Source of the DNA: Candidatus Latescibacterota bacterium
GTDB taxonomy: Bacteria; Latescibacterota; UBA2968; UBA8231
Assembly: GCA_965219385.1 (NCBI GenBank)
Contig: CBDCNM010000002.1
Span: 4,226,305 to 4,290,304 of the forward strand
Length of the DNA stretch: 64,000 nucleotides
Reading direction: 5' to 3'
Below, one piece after another: positions 50,559-60,990 of the stretch (positions are counted from its first letter, which is position 1; each line of letters begins with the position of its first letter). Both the position numbers and the translations under genes were made by a program. Under the pieces are notes generated by a model. It was not told the origin of the DNA. It worked only from the letters and a program-made list of their open reading frames with translations, and searched no databases.

Positions 50559-51704
50559 ATGCAGCACACCATTATCATCAGAGAAGAAGGCCGCTACAAC
50601 GCCTTCCCCGTCCTGGACCGCCTTCCAGACGGACGCCTGACCATAGGCTGCATCTCCTCGCCTGTCGGCGACCACATGGGCATGGGAGACTGGCCGGTGT
50701 TCGTCTCCACCGACAGCGGCCAGACCTGGACCCGCTCGGACGATCCTACCCTGCCGCCCAACTGGCCCGGAACCACCCCGCGCGAGCAATACGACCGACT
50801 CTGCCGCATCATGCCAGACGGCAGCTTTGTGGCCGTGGCCTCGGTGGGCTACGAGCGGTGGGATCCCGAGCGCCGCGCCGAGGCCGAGGCCCGGGGCCTG
50901 CAGGTGTACGAAGACGCCATCATCAACCAGATGCTTGCGGGCCACCTGGTGGTCTCGGGCCACCAGCTGGCGGTGATCCGCTCCCGCGACCAGGGCACCA
51001 CCTGGGAGCGGCGCACCTGGACCGTGCCGGGCTACACCGGTGTAACCGGCTTCCCGCGCGGCGCCGTGCTCGAGGACGGCACCTGGCTCTTCCCCATCTA
51101 TACCAGCCGGCCCGACGGCAACGGCGACGGCCTGATCTTCCGCTCAGAGGACGCAGGAGAAACCTGGCGACTCCACCTGGCCGTGCCCCGGATCTGCAAC
51201 GAGTGGGCCCTGGTAGAGGTCGCCCCGGGTCGGATCCTGGGCCACTTGCGCTGGGGCCAGCGCTGGGGTCACCCCGAGGACGACCGGATCTACGCTCTGG
51301 AGGTGTGGTCCGAGGACGGCGGTAAAACCTGGACCCAGCCCATAGAGACCAAATTCCAGGGCTATCCCAACCACCTCTTGAGGTTGAAGGATGGCCGCAT
51401 CCTGTGCACCTTCGGGTACCGCCGCAAGCCCATGGGGGTGCGCGCCCTCCTCAGCGAGGACCAGGGCAATACCTGGGATCTGGACCACGAGTACGTGCTG
51501 CGCGACGACGCCGGCACCACATCGAACGCGTGGCCGGCCGAAAAACACACCCAGCCCGGCTTTGGCAGCTCGGACGTGGGTTACCCCGTCTCCACCGAAC
51601 TGGAGGACGGCTCGATCCTCACTGCCTATTATATCACCCCGCCCGACGCCACCACCCACGTGGCGGTAACCCACTGGCACCCGGACAAGGACAGACCCGT
51701 CTGA
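50559..51704 (+). CDS. BNR/Asp-box sialidase-family protein
   Basis: STDSGQTW, SRDQGTTW, SEDAGETW, SEDGGKTW, SEDQGNTW; DVGYP. Confidence 0.85.
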   Translation: MQHTIIIREEGRYNAFPVLDRLPDGRLTIGCISSPVGDHMGMGDWPVFVSTDSGQTWTRSDDPTLPPNWPGTTPREQYDRLCRIMPDGSFVAVASVGYERWDPERRAEAEARGLQVYEDAIINQMLAGHLVVSGHQLAVIRSRDQGTTWERRTWTVPGYTGVTGFPRGAVLEDGTWLFPIYTSRPDGNGDGLIFRSEDAGETWRLHLAVPRICNEWALVEVAPGRILGHLRWGQRWGHPEDDRIYALEVWSEDGGKTWTQPIETKFQGYPNHLLRLKDGRILCTFGYRRKPMGVRALLSEDQGNTWDLDHEYVLRDDAGTTSNAWPAEKHTQPGFGSSDVGYPVSTELEDGSILTAYYITPPDATTHVAVTHWHPDKDRPV

Positions 51705-51775
51705 TGTCCGCACCGCGAAAAATCCAGCGATTGAGCAGAAGCTGAAATTGCCGGTATAATTTAGGAAAAGGAGAA

Positions 51776-52870
51776 ATGAAAATGGAGCTATCTTCCCCGA
51801 GGGTGAATCAGGTCGAGCCCCTGACGGCAAGCCAGATTGCCCAGTTCAAGCGCGAGGGATTTCTGGTTCTTCCAGCGGTGCTCGACCCGGAGCTGTGCCG
51901 CCAGGCCCGCGACGAAATGTGGAAAGCGATTGAGGCCAACCTTCCCCGCATGAAAAGGGGCGACGCCTCCACGTGGGGCCCCATCACCGAGGAAGAGAGC
52001 GCCCGGCTGGACGCCCGGCGGCCTGAAGGGGGGGGGGATCTGTATTTTGGCGGCAAGGGGCACCGGTTCACGGTCCGCAATGGGACCGATCAACTTATCC
52101 TCGACCTGGCCCCCCGGGCCTTGTGGCAGGTCGCCGAGCAACTTCTCGGCAAGGGTACGGTGGTGTGGCCCGCCGGGCTCGACGAGTCCGGCAGCGCCAC
52201 GGGTCCGTGCTTCATGTGCGACGACGCCGTGGGCAATCTTGCCAATCACGTGGACCCCGAGGGCATGGGCTGGCCAGAGAAGGGGTCCTTCACGACGGAG
52301 GAGGCGCTGCGCTTGCCCAGGACCGGCCCGGTGTGGCTCAATGGTCAAGGAACGCGTGGATTGTATTGCACCCTGCCGCAAAGCCCGTCTCCCGGGCCCG
52401 AGTACCGCGGCGCCCACTCCGACGGTGCCTGCTATGGCCGCTGGCGGCTGCAGATGTCGGCCTACATCGACGACATTCCGCCCAACTCCGGTGGCTTCAC
52501 CGTGTGGCCTGGAAGCCACACCAGGATCTGGAAGGAGCAGTGGGAGGCCTTCCAGGCCGGCGAGAAGCACACCGACAAACATCTGGCGGTGCGCCGTGCG
52601 GGCGGTTATAACGATCCCGTCATTGGGCGGATTAAGGCCGACACCCAACCCTTCGATTGCTACGGCCCCGCGGGTACCGTGGTGTTGTGGCACACCAAGA
52701 TTTTGCACCTCGCGGGACAGAACGCTTCTACTGACGTCATCCGCCAGGCGACCATCTATGGTTTCCTCAAAACGCCCGAGGCGCTCCCCGATGCGCTCGT
52801 GGTAGACAACACCAACGGCGACATTTGGCGGGATTGGTCCGATGCAGTGCGCGCGGTAGATGAAAGCTAG
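51776..52870 (+). CDS. Phytanoyl-CoA dioxygenase (PhyH) family Fe(II)/2OG oxygenase
   Basis: QFKREGFLV, HSD, GGFTVWPGSH, AGTVVLWH...H. Confidence 0.85.
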   Translation: MKMELSSPRVNQVEPLTASQIAQFKREGFLVLPAVLDPELCRQARDEMWKAIEANLPRMKRGDASTWGPITEEESARLDARRPEGGGDLYFGGKGHRFTVRNGTDQLILDLAPRALWQVAEQLLGKGTVVWPAGLDESGSATGPCFMCDDAVGNLANHVDPEGMGWPEKGSFTTEEALRLPRTGPVWLNGQGTRGLYCTLPQSPSPGPEYRGAHSDGACYGRWRLQMSAYIDDIPPNSGGFTVWPGSHTRIWKEQWEAFQAGEKHTDKHLAVRRAGGYNDPVIGRIKADTQPFDCYGPAGTVVLWHTKILHLAGQNASTDVIRQATIYGFLKTPEALPDALVVDNTNGDIWRDWSDAVRAVDES

Positions 52871-52879
52871 CTGGCTTGG

Positions 52880-53905
52880 TTACACCCGAAAACGCGCGAT
52901 CACATCCTCGTCCAGTTCCACCCCCAGCCCCGGACCGCCGGGCACCTTGACCAACCCGTTTACCGGCCTGAGCGGCTCGGTGATGACCGAGACCACGCGC
53001 AAGTCCGGCACCGTGCAGATGGCCTTGGTGGCATTGGGCAGCACCGCGGCGATGTGCGTCGCCCACACCGTGTTGATCCCGGCGCCGACGCCCCCGCCCG
53101 CCAGTTCCACGGTGACGGCGCGATGGCCGGCCGCCTCGGCCACGTGCGCCACCTTCACCAGCCCGCTGATTGGACCGCCCACCTGGAAAAAATCACAGGC
53201 CTCCATCTTGCAGCACAGCGAGGCCCACTCGGCATCGGCGTGGACGCTGATCTGCATGCCGGCATTGTTGCGCAGAAACGCCAGCCCGCTGAGATTCTTG
53301 TCGGCAATAGGCCCCTCGAAGTAGTCGAAGCGATCCCAGTAGCGCTCCAGCCGGCGGGCAAAGTAGAGCATCCGGTCCACCGTGAAGTAGTCCGGGTAGC
53401 GGTGTCCATTGTTGTCCGGCCGCAGTTTGTATTCCGGCGGCACCACCGCAAAGATACGTTCGGCCTGCTCGACAAAGTCGAACCGGGGCCGCACCTTGAT
53501 CTTGTGGACCCGGTAGCCGCCCTCCACCGCGGCCAGAGCTTCGCCCGCGACCCGTTCCGGGCTCATATTGGTGGACCAGAAGGCCGCTTCCGCCTGCTCC
53601 CGGCACTGCGGCCCCAGCAGCCGGTGCGCCGGGACTCCCAGGGCCTTGCCCAGGACATCGTAGATCGCCTCCTGCACAGGCTCCGGGTCGTTTCCCATCA
53701 AGAATTCGAGCGGATCCTTGCCGATGTAGCGCTCCAGGGCAGGGCGGTGGTCTCCCCCCTCGCCCACCCCCACGATGCCCTCGTCGGTATACATCTTGTA
53801 GACAAAGGTCCTCTCGGTCCCTCCCATGTTGGCCGCCATGGGTTCTTTGATCCGGTCCAGCCAGGGGATGACCAGCTCGATCGCCTCGATGCGCGCAATT
53901 TTCAT
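52880..53905 (-). CDS. Mandelate racemase/muconate lactonising enzyme family protein
   Basis: YDVLGKALGVP, HKIK, RPDNN, FEGP, PGLGVELD. Confidence 0.85.
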   Translation of the reverse strand: MKIARIEAIELVIPWLDRIKEPMAANMGGTERTFVYKMYTDEGIVGVGEGGDHRPALERYIGKDPLEFLMGNDPEPVQEAIYDVLGKALGVPAHRLLGPQCREQAEAAFWSTNMSPERVAGEALAAVEGGYRVHKIKVRPRFDFVEQAERIFAVVPPEYKLRPDNNGHRYPDYFTVDRMLYFARRLERYWDRFDYFEGPIADKNLSGLAFLRNNAGMQISVHADAEWASLCCKMEACDFFQVGGPISGLVKVAHVAEAAGHRAVTVELAGGGVGAGINTVWATHIAAVLPNATKAICTVPDLRVVSVITEPLRPVNGLVKVPGGPGLGVELDEDVIARFRV

Positions 53906-53921
53906 AAAGCCTTTTTCCCGT

Positions 53922-55088
53922 TCACGCGTCGAGGGCGCGCACCGCGGCAATGGCCTCGGCTATCCACCTGAGGTTGCGCCGGGAAATCATGCCGTAATTG
54001 TAATACGAGAACCGACGCGCCCCGGTTTCGTAGACCGCCGTGATGATCTCCCGCATGAGGGCGGCGCTGCCTATGGGGTTGTGTCCGTTCAGGCCACAGA
54101 TCAACATGGCAGGATCGGCCATGCCGGCCAGGGTATCCGCCGCCGTCTTGGCAGCCTGCTCCGGCGAGTTGCTGTAGCACAAGACATTGACCCGCTCGAC
54201 GACCGGCTCGATGGATTTCCGCTCGATGCCGTTGTTGTAATAATTGCCCATGTACAGGAACGAAATAGGGGCCTTTATGGCCTCCCTCACTTCTGTGGCC
54301 AGCGAGGTTACGGTATCCGCCCGCATCTTCACGTACTCGTCCACCAGCGGCTCGCCCGGGACGAATTCCTCCACGCTGCTTTCCAGGGGACCATCCTCGA
54401 AGATGTCCAGGAGCAGTTTTTCCGCCCTAACCTTCACCTGCCCTGCATCCATGCCCCTTTCCCCGGCCCGCTCTGTACAGTGCTCGCAAAAACACAGCGA
54501 CATCAACAACTGCCCCGCAGGGCCCAGATCGACCCCCACCTTGCCGTGGTTGCGGAACATGCCGAAGCCCATGTAGTGCAGGGATTCGTACTCGATCATC
54601 TGCAGGTTGTAGTTGCTGTCCAGGTCCCGGCTCAGGGCCCGCACGTACTCCCGCACCTGGGGATGGGCCGGACACAGGCAACCCGGATAGCGATCCCCGA
54701 ACGCCCCGAGCAGGGCACAGTCCGGGTGTTTCCGGGCCAGGTATTGAGTGTGTAAAGGCACGGTCCACGAAATCAGTTCCAGGCCGCGGGCCGCGCATGC
54801 CTCCGCGATGATCTCCACCGGGTTCTGCTCCGCGGCCATGGGGTGCACCTTGGGTTTGATCTGGGTATCCGCGTAGAGTTCGAGCCGGGGCTGGAAGTAG
54901 ATGGCGTCCTCGTACCCGGAATAGAGTTTCTTGCCGGGCATGTGGGTCCGCAACTCGTCGTAGGTGTGATAGACCGTGGCCAGACTGATTGCGTCCAGTC
55001 CGACTTCTTCCTTGAGGGTCCCGAGCACGCGCTCGACGCCCTCGTCCATCACATCCCAGGGATAGGTCCACATGGTGGTATGGATCAT
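53922..55088 (-). CDS. Hypothetical protein, possibly glycoside-hydrolase-like TIM barrel
   Basis: YPWD, ATVYH, CLCPAHPQVREY, ESLHY, CFCEHC, YNYG. Confidence 0.6.
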   Translation of the reverse strand: MIHTTMWTYPWDVMDEGVERVLGTLKEEVGLDAISLATVYHTYDELRTHMPGKKLYSGYEDAIYFQPRLELYADTQIKPKVHPMAAEQNPVEIIAEACAARGLELISWTVPLHTQYLARKHPDCALLGAFGDRYPGCLCPAHPQVREYVRALSRDLDSNYNLQMIEYESLHYMGFGMFRNHGKVGVDLGPAGQLLMSLCFCEHCTERAGERGMDAGQVKVRAEKLLLDIFEDGPLESSVEEFVPGEPLVDEYVKMRADTVTSLATEVREAIKAPISFLYMGNYYNNGIERKSIEPVVERVNVLCYSNSPEQAAKTAADTLAGMADPAMLICGLNGHNPIGSAALMREIITAVYETGARRFSYYNYGMISRRNLRWIAEAIAAVRALDA

Positions 55089-55127
55089 GAGTGCTCCTCC
55101 TGTTTGCGAATCATCGAGTACCGCCCA

Positions 55128-57296
55128 TCAGGCAGGATCGACGGTCAGCGGCACCTCTGGATCCGGTGCGGCCAGCAACTCCACGCCGGTGGCGCCTACA
55201 AGATAGGTGCACTCGTGGGTGAGACACAAGCCATCCGGCCGCACATCCGGCTCGATATTGAGGACCATGCCCGGCGCCAGCGCTGTTTCCTCGCCGGGCG
55301 AGACCATGGGCGGCTCGTGGACTTCGATGCCGATGCTGTGCCCCCACAGCAGGGTGTGGATGGGTGGAGTGGGCAGATTGTGAAGGACATAGCCTTCCAG
55401 GATGCGGGAATAGATTTGACCGATCGGCGTGCCGATTTCCAGCTGGGGAATCACGTCCTGGCGGATAGCGGCCAGTTTGTCGAAGGCCGCGCGCGCCCCG
55501 GGTTGCCAGTGGCCGGCCATGGCCGTGCGCCCCACGTCGGCCGCGTAGAGCCCGAAGGTGGCGGCTACATCCACTCTCAGGATCTCGCCGGCGCCCAGGC
55601 GGCGCTGGCCGGGCGGCGGGTGGGCCCAGGGCGAACGCTCGCCGATGACCGCGATGTCGAAATCGATCTGGGTGGCGCCCCGGTCCACCAGCCCGGCGCG
55701 GATCCGGGCGGCGATCTGGGCCTCGGTATCGCCGATGCGGGTGGACTCGAAGGCCAGGCGAATCGCCTCGTGGGTCCGGATATAAGCCCGGCGCAAGGCC
55801 TCGATTTCGACCGGGGCCTTGATGGCGCGCAACTCGTCCAGGAGGGCTCCGACCTCCCTGAAGCGGGCGTAGGGACACACCTGGCGCAAATCTTCCCAGA
55901 ACCGGGTCGCCAGCCCGGCGCGCTCGATGCCGAGCCGGGCGTGGGCCAGGCCCTTCTCCTGCAGCCCGGCGGCGAGAAAATCCATGGGGCCCTTTTCAAA
56001 CTCCCGGTAGGTGCGGATGTCCTCGAGCCAGTCGGGCGCCTGACTGGTGAGGACCTCCCTGGTTTCGCAGGCCAGCAACACAGGCTCCTCCGCGGCCGGG
56101 AAGACCAGCATCTGCAGCCGCTGCGGCAGGGCTGCATGGGTCTGGATCTGAATCCCGGTGGCATAGCGAAAATTGGGCAGCGAGGTGATCAGGGCCGCAT
56201 CCAGCCCCGCGCTTTCCAGCGCACGCCTCATCTTTTCCGGGTCGAAACCAGTGCGCCGGCCCGATTCCTCGTCCAGTTCAAAGGGCTCGAATCCCTGGTG
56301 TGCCCCAGCAGGGTCAGGTTGTTTTCCCCCTTTCTCCTTTTCAGCATCTTCCGGTGCGGTCTGGCCGTAGTGCCATGCCGTGTTCGCCGATGAATTCGCT
56401 TTCCACACCTCCCAGTAGCGGCGCAGGCGCCGGGTGAAATCCCGCGGACGTTCCGCGTAGATCCGCTCCGCCATGAGACGGGCCCGGGCCTGCATCCGGG
56501 CCCGCACCTCGTCGATCCGCCTTTCCAGGGCCCGCACCGTGGCCGTGGCCCCGGCCCGGGGAAACTCGGCCACAACCGTAGCGCGCAATACCGCCAGGTC
56601 GTGGTACTGGCCCAGCAACTCCCCCAGTTGGTCCAGTTCATCGGCCAGGGCCTGCATGCCCGGCGGCCAGATATTCTGCAGGATCTGGGTGTGGTACCAC
56701 AGGTACTTCACCCGCTTGCGCCAGTCGTGAAAGGCCTCGTCGCCGGGCAGCCAGTAGGCCGCTTCGAATTCGCGCAGGCCCTGGGTATAAATCCGCTGCA
56801 GCCCTGCCCTGAGCCCTCTCCAACCCTGGTGCCGCAGATCCCAGGTCTCCAGACGCTGGCGGGCCAGTTCGAGGTCGGCGACCACCTCCTGAACATCCCG
56901 GTCGCTGCTCGCGGCCTGGCCATAGGCCCTCTCCCGGCGCTCCACCAGCCAGGCCCGCACCCGGGCGAAGCGACTCTCGGGCGCCTTTTTGCCCAGATAT
57001 TCCACCAGGCGGTCCAGGGTCTCGACCAGGACCGTGGCATCCCGCAGGCCCGAAAGCCGCTGTCCGGCATCCCGGTACCACTGGTTTTCCAGCGCGTAGA
57101 CCTCGTCTCCCAGCTCGCGGTGGACCAGACGCACCAGGGCCCGCAGGCGCTTGGTGGCCTTGCGGCCCTCGTGAATGTGCTCGTCTCGTTCCCCCTCCTT
57201 GCTCTCGAGGTGCTCGATGGCCTTGCCGAGCTGTTCGGCGGCCATCCGCCGCACCCCTGCGGGCGCGCTTTCACCCTGTTTCAGACGGTATGCCAT
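55128..57296 (-). CDS. CHAD domain fused to M24 (Xaa-Pro aminopeptidase/creatinase-like) domain
   Basis: CHAD: IHEGRKATKRLRA, FHDWRKRVKYLWY, LGQYHD; M24: RVD..ADVGRT, GHSIG.EVHE, NIEP. Confidence 0.8.
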   Translation of the reverse strand: MAYRLKQGESAPAGVRRMAAEQLGKAIEHLESKEGERDEHIHEGRKATKRLRALVRLVHRELGDEVYALENQWYRDAGQRLSGLRDATVLVETLDRLVEYLGKKAPESRFARVRAWLVERRERAYGQAASSDRDVQEVVADLELARQRLETWDLRHQGWRGLRAGLQRIYTQGLREFEAAYWLPGDEAFHDWRKRVKYLWYHTQILQNIWPPGMQALADELDQLGELLGQYHDLAVLRATVVAEFPRAGATATVRALERRIDEVRARMQARARLMAERIYAERPRDFTRRLRRYWEVWKANSSANTAWHYGQTAPEDAEKEKGGKQPDPAGAHQGFEPFELDEESGRRTGFDPEKMRRALESAGLDAALITSLPNFRYATGIQIQTHAALPQRLQMLVFPAAEEPVLLACETREVLTSQAPDWLEDIRTYREFEKGPMDFLAAGLQEKGLAHARLGIERAGLATRFWEDLRQVCPYARFREVGALLDELRAIKAPVEIEALRRAYIRTHEAIRLAFESTRIGDTEAQIAARIRAGLVDRGATQIDFDIAVIGERSPWAHPPPGQRRLGAGEILRVDVAATFGLYAADVGRTAMAGHWQPGARAAFDKLAAIRQDVIPQLEIGTPIGQIYSRILEGYVLHNLPTPPIHTLLWGHSIGIEVHEPPMVSPGEETALAPGMVLNIEPDVRPDGLCLTHECTYLVGATGVELLAAPDPEVPLTVDPA

Positions 57297-57305
57297 AGGT
57301 CAAAT

Positions 57306-57412
57306 TCAATCCTCTCTGAACCAGTACCCCACTCCGCGCACGGCTCGATCAGGTGGCTGAATCGCCCCAGTTTAGCGCGCAAACGGCGGATAAAGGTGTC
57401 CACTGTGCGGCT
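57306..57412 (-). pseudogene. OmpR/PhoB-family winged-helix C-terminal remnant
   Basis: SRTVDTFIRRLRAKLGRFSHLIE then frameshift to VRGVGYWFRED*. Confidence 0.7.
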
Positions 57413-57615
57413 GTAGCTAAGCAATGCTAGAAATCATATTTGATAAAATAGAAATTAATTCCTCTATTTTGCAAACTTCTGGTGTGCGCTGCTTGTATGT
57501 CCTGGGATGCTTCGGCTTTGAAGCGTGGCCGGTCGATAATCTCGGTTCTTCTTTTGTGGGTACTTCCTCAGTAGATTACGGTAGCGTTGTTATGCGCGTT
57601 CACTCACTTTTTTTA

Positions 57616-57644
57616 TTGACACGCCCTGCGACCCTTGCTATAGT
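57616..57644 (+). promoter_or_regulatory. Near-consensus sigma70 promoter (extended -10)
   Basis: TTGACA-N17-TATAGT with TG upstream of the -10 and an upstream T-tract. Confidence 0.8.
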
Positions 57645-57650
57645 AAGCTC

Positions 57651-57900
57651 GTGATCGCCGGGTAGAGAATCTCGCCCTTTCGGGTTATCTGATACATACA
57701 AGAGTCTCGTGGTACCCGGCGAGGGGACGCTTCCCGCGCGCTACGCGCTAGGTGGAAGTAGGCCGGCGGCAGAGAAGCGGGGGGCGGCGTGCAGGGTCGA
57801 GGGCGGACGGCGAAGCAGAAGGGCGCGGCATGGGCGCCGTGGCAAAAGCCCTTCTACCAAACAAAGGGAACCCGGGGCGATTCGGGAACCTTTTATTTTA
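57651..57900 (+). ncRNA. Candidate structured leader RNA/attenuator or sRNA of unrecognised family
   Basis: Stems 57655-64/57713-22 (10 bp perfect), 57730-34/57754-58, 57817-24/57848-55 (8 bp perfect), and a hairpin plus T-run at 57863-57900. Confidence 0.45.
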
Positions 57901-57954
57901 TCAAATCGCGTTTCAGGGCCTGGGGCCTTAGGCGCTTGAGGGAGGGAAAGTACG

Positions 57955-60921
57955 ATGAGTAAGATGAGCAGACTGATGTGTCTATGGGCGATCCTGGGAT
58001 GTGGGGCCGTTTGGGCCCAGCCGGGGGGCTTTATCGAGGGAACGGTTACAGGGGAGGCGGGGGAGGCCCTGGCCGGTGCCAATATCGCCGTGAGCTTGCC
58101 GGAGGAGGACTACAAAGTTGGGATCGCGGCGGGCGCCGAGGGGCGATTCCGCACCGCCGTTCCAGCGGGGAACTACCAAGTCGAATTCACTTTCGTCGGC
58201 TATAAGGCCGAAATACGGGAAAATGTGCTGGTGGAGGCCGGCCAGACCACCCGGCTGGACGTGGTCCTGGTGGAGCAGGTCATTTTTCTCGGACAAAGCG
58301 TGGTCTCCGCCTCCCGCCGGCAGGAAAAGGTTTTGGATGCTCCGGCCTCGGTAGCGGTGGTCGAGGGCGGCGACATCCGCAACAATCCGGCGCTGAGCGT
58401 ATCCGAGCACATCCAGGATTTGCCGGCGGTGGACTTCGCCAAGACGGGGCTGGCGCAGAGCAACGTGGTGGTGCGCGGCTTTAACAATGTATTCTCCGGG
58501 GCCCTCCTCACGCTGACGGACAACCGCCTGGCCCGGGTGCCCTCGCTGCGGCTCAACGCCTACAGTTTCATCCCGGTCACCAACGACGACGTGGAACGGA
58601 TTGAGGTGGTCTTGGGGCCGGGGGCGGCCCTGTACGGGCCCAATAGCGCCAATGGGGTCATGCACATCATCACCCATTCCCCCTTTACCTCGCAGGGCAC
58701 GAGCGTGGATGTGGGGATGGGGGAACGTAGCCTGCGCCAGACCGCGCTCCGGCACGCCGGCGTGGTAGGGGACCGCCTGGGCTACAAGGTTTCGGCCCAG
58801 TACTATACGGGGACGGACTGGAAGTACACCGACCCGGAGGAGGAGGAGGCCCGGAAAAACAATCCGACCATCCCAGAGCGCGAGTCCGATGTGGAGCGCA
58901 GGAGCGCCGAAGTGCGCCTTGACTGGCGGGCCTCGGACGACTTGACGGCCATCCTGTCAGCGGGGTACAACAAGGCGGACCAAATCGAGTTGACCGGCGT
59001 GGGGGCGGGTCAAGCCCTGGACTGGACCTACAACTACGCCCAACTGCGGCTGCTGTACCGCGACTGGTTCTTCCAGACCTTCCGCAACTGGAGCGATGCG
59101 GGCGATACCTATCTGTTGCGCACGGGCGCTCCCATCGTCGATACCTCCTCCTTGACCGTATTCCAGGCGCAGCATACGACCCGTCTGGGTCCGCGCCAGC
59201 GCTTCACCTACGGCTTCGACGCCCTGTTGACCCGGCCCGATACCGATGGCACCATCACGGGCAAGAACGAGGACGACGACGACCTGAATGAGTACGGTGG
59301 CTACGTGCAGAGCGAGACGGCCCTGAGCGCGCCGCTGGACCTGGTGCTGGCCCTGCGCTACGACTACCACAACCGCCTCGCGGAGGCCGAACTGTCGCCC
59401 CGGGCCGCCCTGGTGTTCAAGCCGCGGGCGACCCAGACACTGCGGTTGACCTACAACCGGGCTTTTGGCACGCCCTCGACGAACAATCTGTACCTCGACC
59501 TGCTATCGCAACGAGATCCCTTTGGGCTGAGTCCGAATTTCACGCCTCTCTTTTCGGGGCTCGGCCTGGGAGAATTCAAGTCGATCGATATCTGGGCCCA
59601 GGGAACTTACAGCAGTGGCTCTGACAAAGGTCTTACCTTCCGGCGGGACGGGGAGGGCCGGCCTCTGTTCCGCTCGCCCTTTGCCCCGCTGGTAGCCGGT
59701 CAGTCGGCCCAGTTGGGGCTCGCCCCCAGTGATGCCGGTTATCCCATCGGGCCCGACGGCTATATGGCCATGGACCACCCACTGGTCACCAACGTGATGT
59801 GGGGAATCGGCCGGCAGGCGGTGCTGACGCAGCTTGGGCCCCAGTTCCAGATGCTGGCGACCGCCGTCCTGGTGGCCCAAGGCATGGGGACCGCAGAGGC
59901 CCAAGCGGCAGCCGGCCAGTTGGCCGAGGCCCTGCCCGGCATCGTGCCCGAGCAATTGCCCGGCTTGCGCAATGTCATGGGCAAATTGAACCAGGAGACC
60001 AAGGGTTTCGACTTTGCGACGGCGGACGGCGGCCCTATCCGGCCCTTCGACGTGCCGCGCATCGAGTCGGCCATTACCCAGACCATCGAGCTGGGCTACA
60101 AAGGCGTGGTGGCCGACAAGCTGGTAGTGGCCGCGGATCTATACCAGTCCAGGACCGAGGACTTTGTCGCGCCCTTGGGCTTGGAGACCCCCAATGTCTT
60201 CCTCGAGCCGCAGAGTCTGGGCGCGGCCTTGGGCGCGGCGCTGGAGCAGACGCTGGCCGATCCGGCCAACGCGGACTTGGCCGGGGTTCTGGCAGCGCTG
60301 GATCAGGTGGCCATTGAGGGCGTCGTGGAGGGCAACAACAACGGCACCCCGGTGGACGAGATGGTCAGTATCTTGGTCTCCGGCGCTGCCCGCATCCCCT
60401 ACGGCACGGTCTCGCCCGAGCAGGCTTCTGATCCTTACGCGGTGATTGCGAGTTACCGCAATTTCGGCGAGGTGACCATCCACGGGCTGGATCTGAGCCT
60501 GGCTTACTACCCGGCCGATCATTGGCGACTCACGGGGAGCTACTCCTTTGTCGACGACAATTTCTTCGAGGATCTGCAACTCTCCAGGAACGAGAGTCCA
60601 GGGGGGGGCGCCGATATAGCCCTCAACGCGCCCCAGCACAAGGCCAAGCTGGGGGCGGCTTACAACTTCGCCCAGTTGGGCTTGGAGGTGGGCGGCCGGG
60701 TGCGCTACACCGGCGCCTTCCCGATGCACTCGGGGGTGTACTTGGGCGAGTTGGATTCCTACACGGTGCTGGATCTGAACCTGACCTACCAGTTGCCCCT
60801 GGAGCAGGATCTGGTGCTGCGGGTCGATGCGAGCAACGTGCTGGACCAGGCCTATCGGTCGTTCGTCGGCGCTCCGGAGGTGGGCCGCCTCGTCTTCGGG
60901 CAGGTGGGGCTGCGCTTCTGA
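57955..60921 (+). CDS. TonB-dependent receptor with large extracellular insertion
   Basis: GGGAGG RBS, signal peptide, VVSASRR, RGFN, ERIEVVLGPGAALYG..GV, C-terminal GLRF. Confidence 0.93.
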   Translation: MSKMSRLMCLWAILGCGAVWAQPGGFIEGTVTGEAGEALAGANIAVSLPEEDYKVGIAAGAEGRFRTAVPAGNYQVEFTFVGYKAEIRENVLVEAGQTTRLDVVLVEQVIFLGQSVVSASRRQEKVLDAPASVAVVEGGDIRNNPALSVSEHIQDLPAVDFAKTGLAQSNVVVRGFNNVFSGALLTLTDNRLARVPSLRLNAYSFIPVTNDDVERIEVVLGPGAALYGPNSANGVMHIITHSPFTSQGTSVDVGMGERSLRQTALRHAGVVGDRLGYKVSAQYYTGTDWKYTDPEEEEARKNNPTIPERESDVERRSAEVRLDWRASDDLTAILSAGYNKADQIELTGVGAGQALDWTYNYAQLRLLYRDWFFQTFRNWSDAGDTYLLRTGAPIVDTSSLTVFQAQHTTRLGPRQRFTYGFDALLTRPDTDGTITGKNEDDDDLNEYGGYVQSETALSAPLDLVLALRYDYHNRLAEAELSPRAALVFKPRATQTLRLTYNRAFGTPSTNNLYLDLLSQRDPFGLSPNFTPLFSGLGLGEFKSIDIWAQGTYSSGSDKGLTFRRDGEGRPLFRSPFAPLVAGQSAQLGLAPSDAGYPIGPDGYMAMDHPLVTNVMWGIGRQAVLTQLGPQFQMLATAVLVAQGMGTAEAQAAAGQLAEALPGIVPEQLPGLRNVMGKLNQETKGFDFATADGGPIRPFDVPRIESAITQTIELGYKGVVADKLVVAADLYQSRTEDFVAPLGLETPNVFLEPQSLGAALGAALEQTLADPANADLAGVLAALDQVAIEGVVEGNNNGTPVDEMVSILVSGAARIPYGTVSPEQASDPYAVIASYRNFGEVTIHGLDLSLAYYPADHWRLTGSYSFVDDNFFEDLQLSRNESPGGGADIALNAPQHKAKLGAAYNFAQLGLEVGGRVRYTGAFPMHSGVYLGELDSYTVLDLNLTYQLPLEQDLVLRVDASNVLDQAYRSFVGAPEVGRLVFGQVGLRF

Positions 60922-60990
60922 GCGCGCCGCAAAGCAGGCAAAAATGAGGGAGGGGCTTGGTCACGGCTCCAAGGGCGGGTCGGAAGCCTT

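Noticed and set aside
57651..57900. Cobalamin riboswitch, T-box or 6S RNA identity for the leader
   Set aside because: No B12-box; GTGGTACC is only a partial T-box match; the 5' end pairs locally rather than forming a ~180-nt 6S rod
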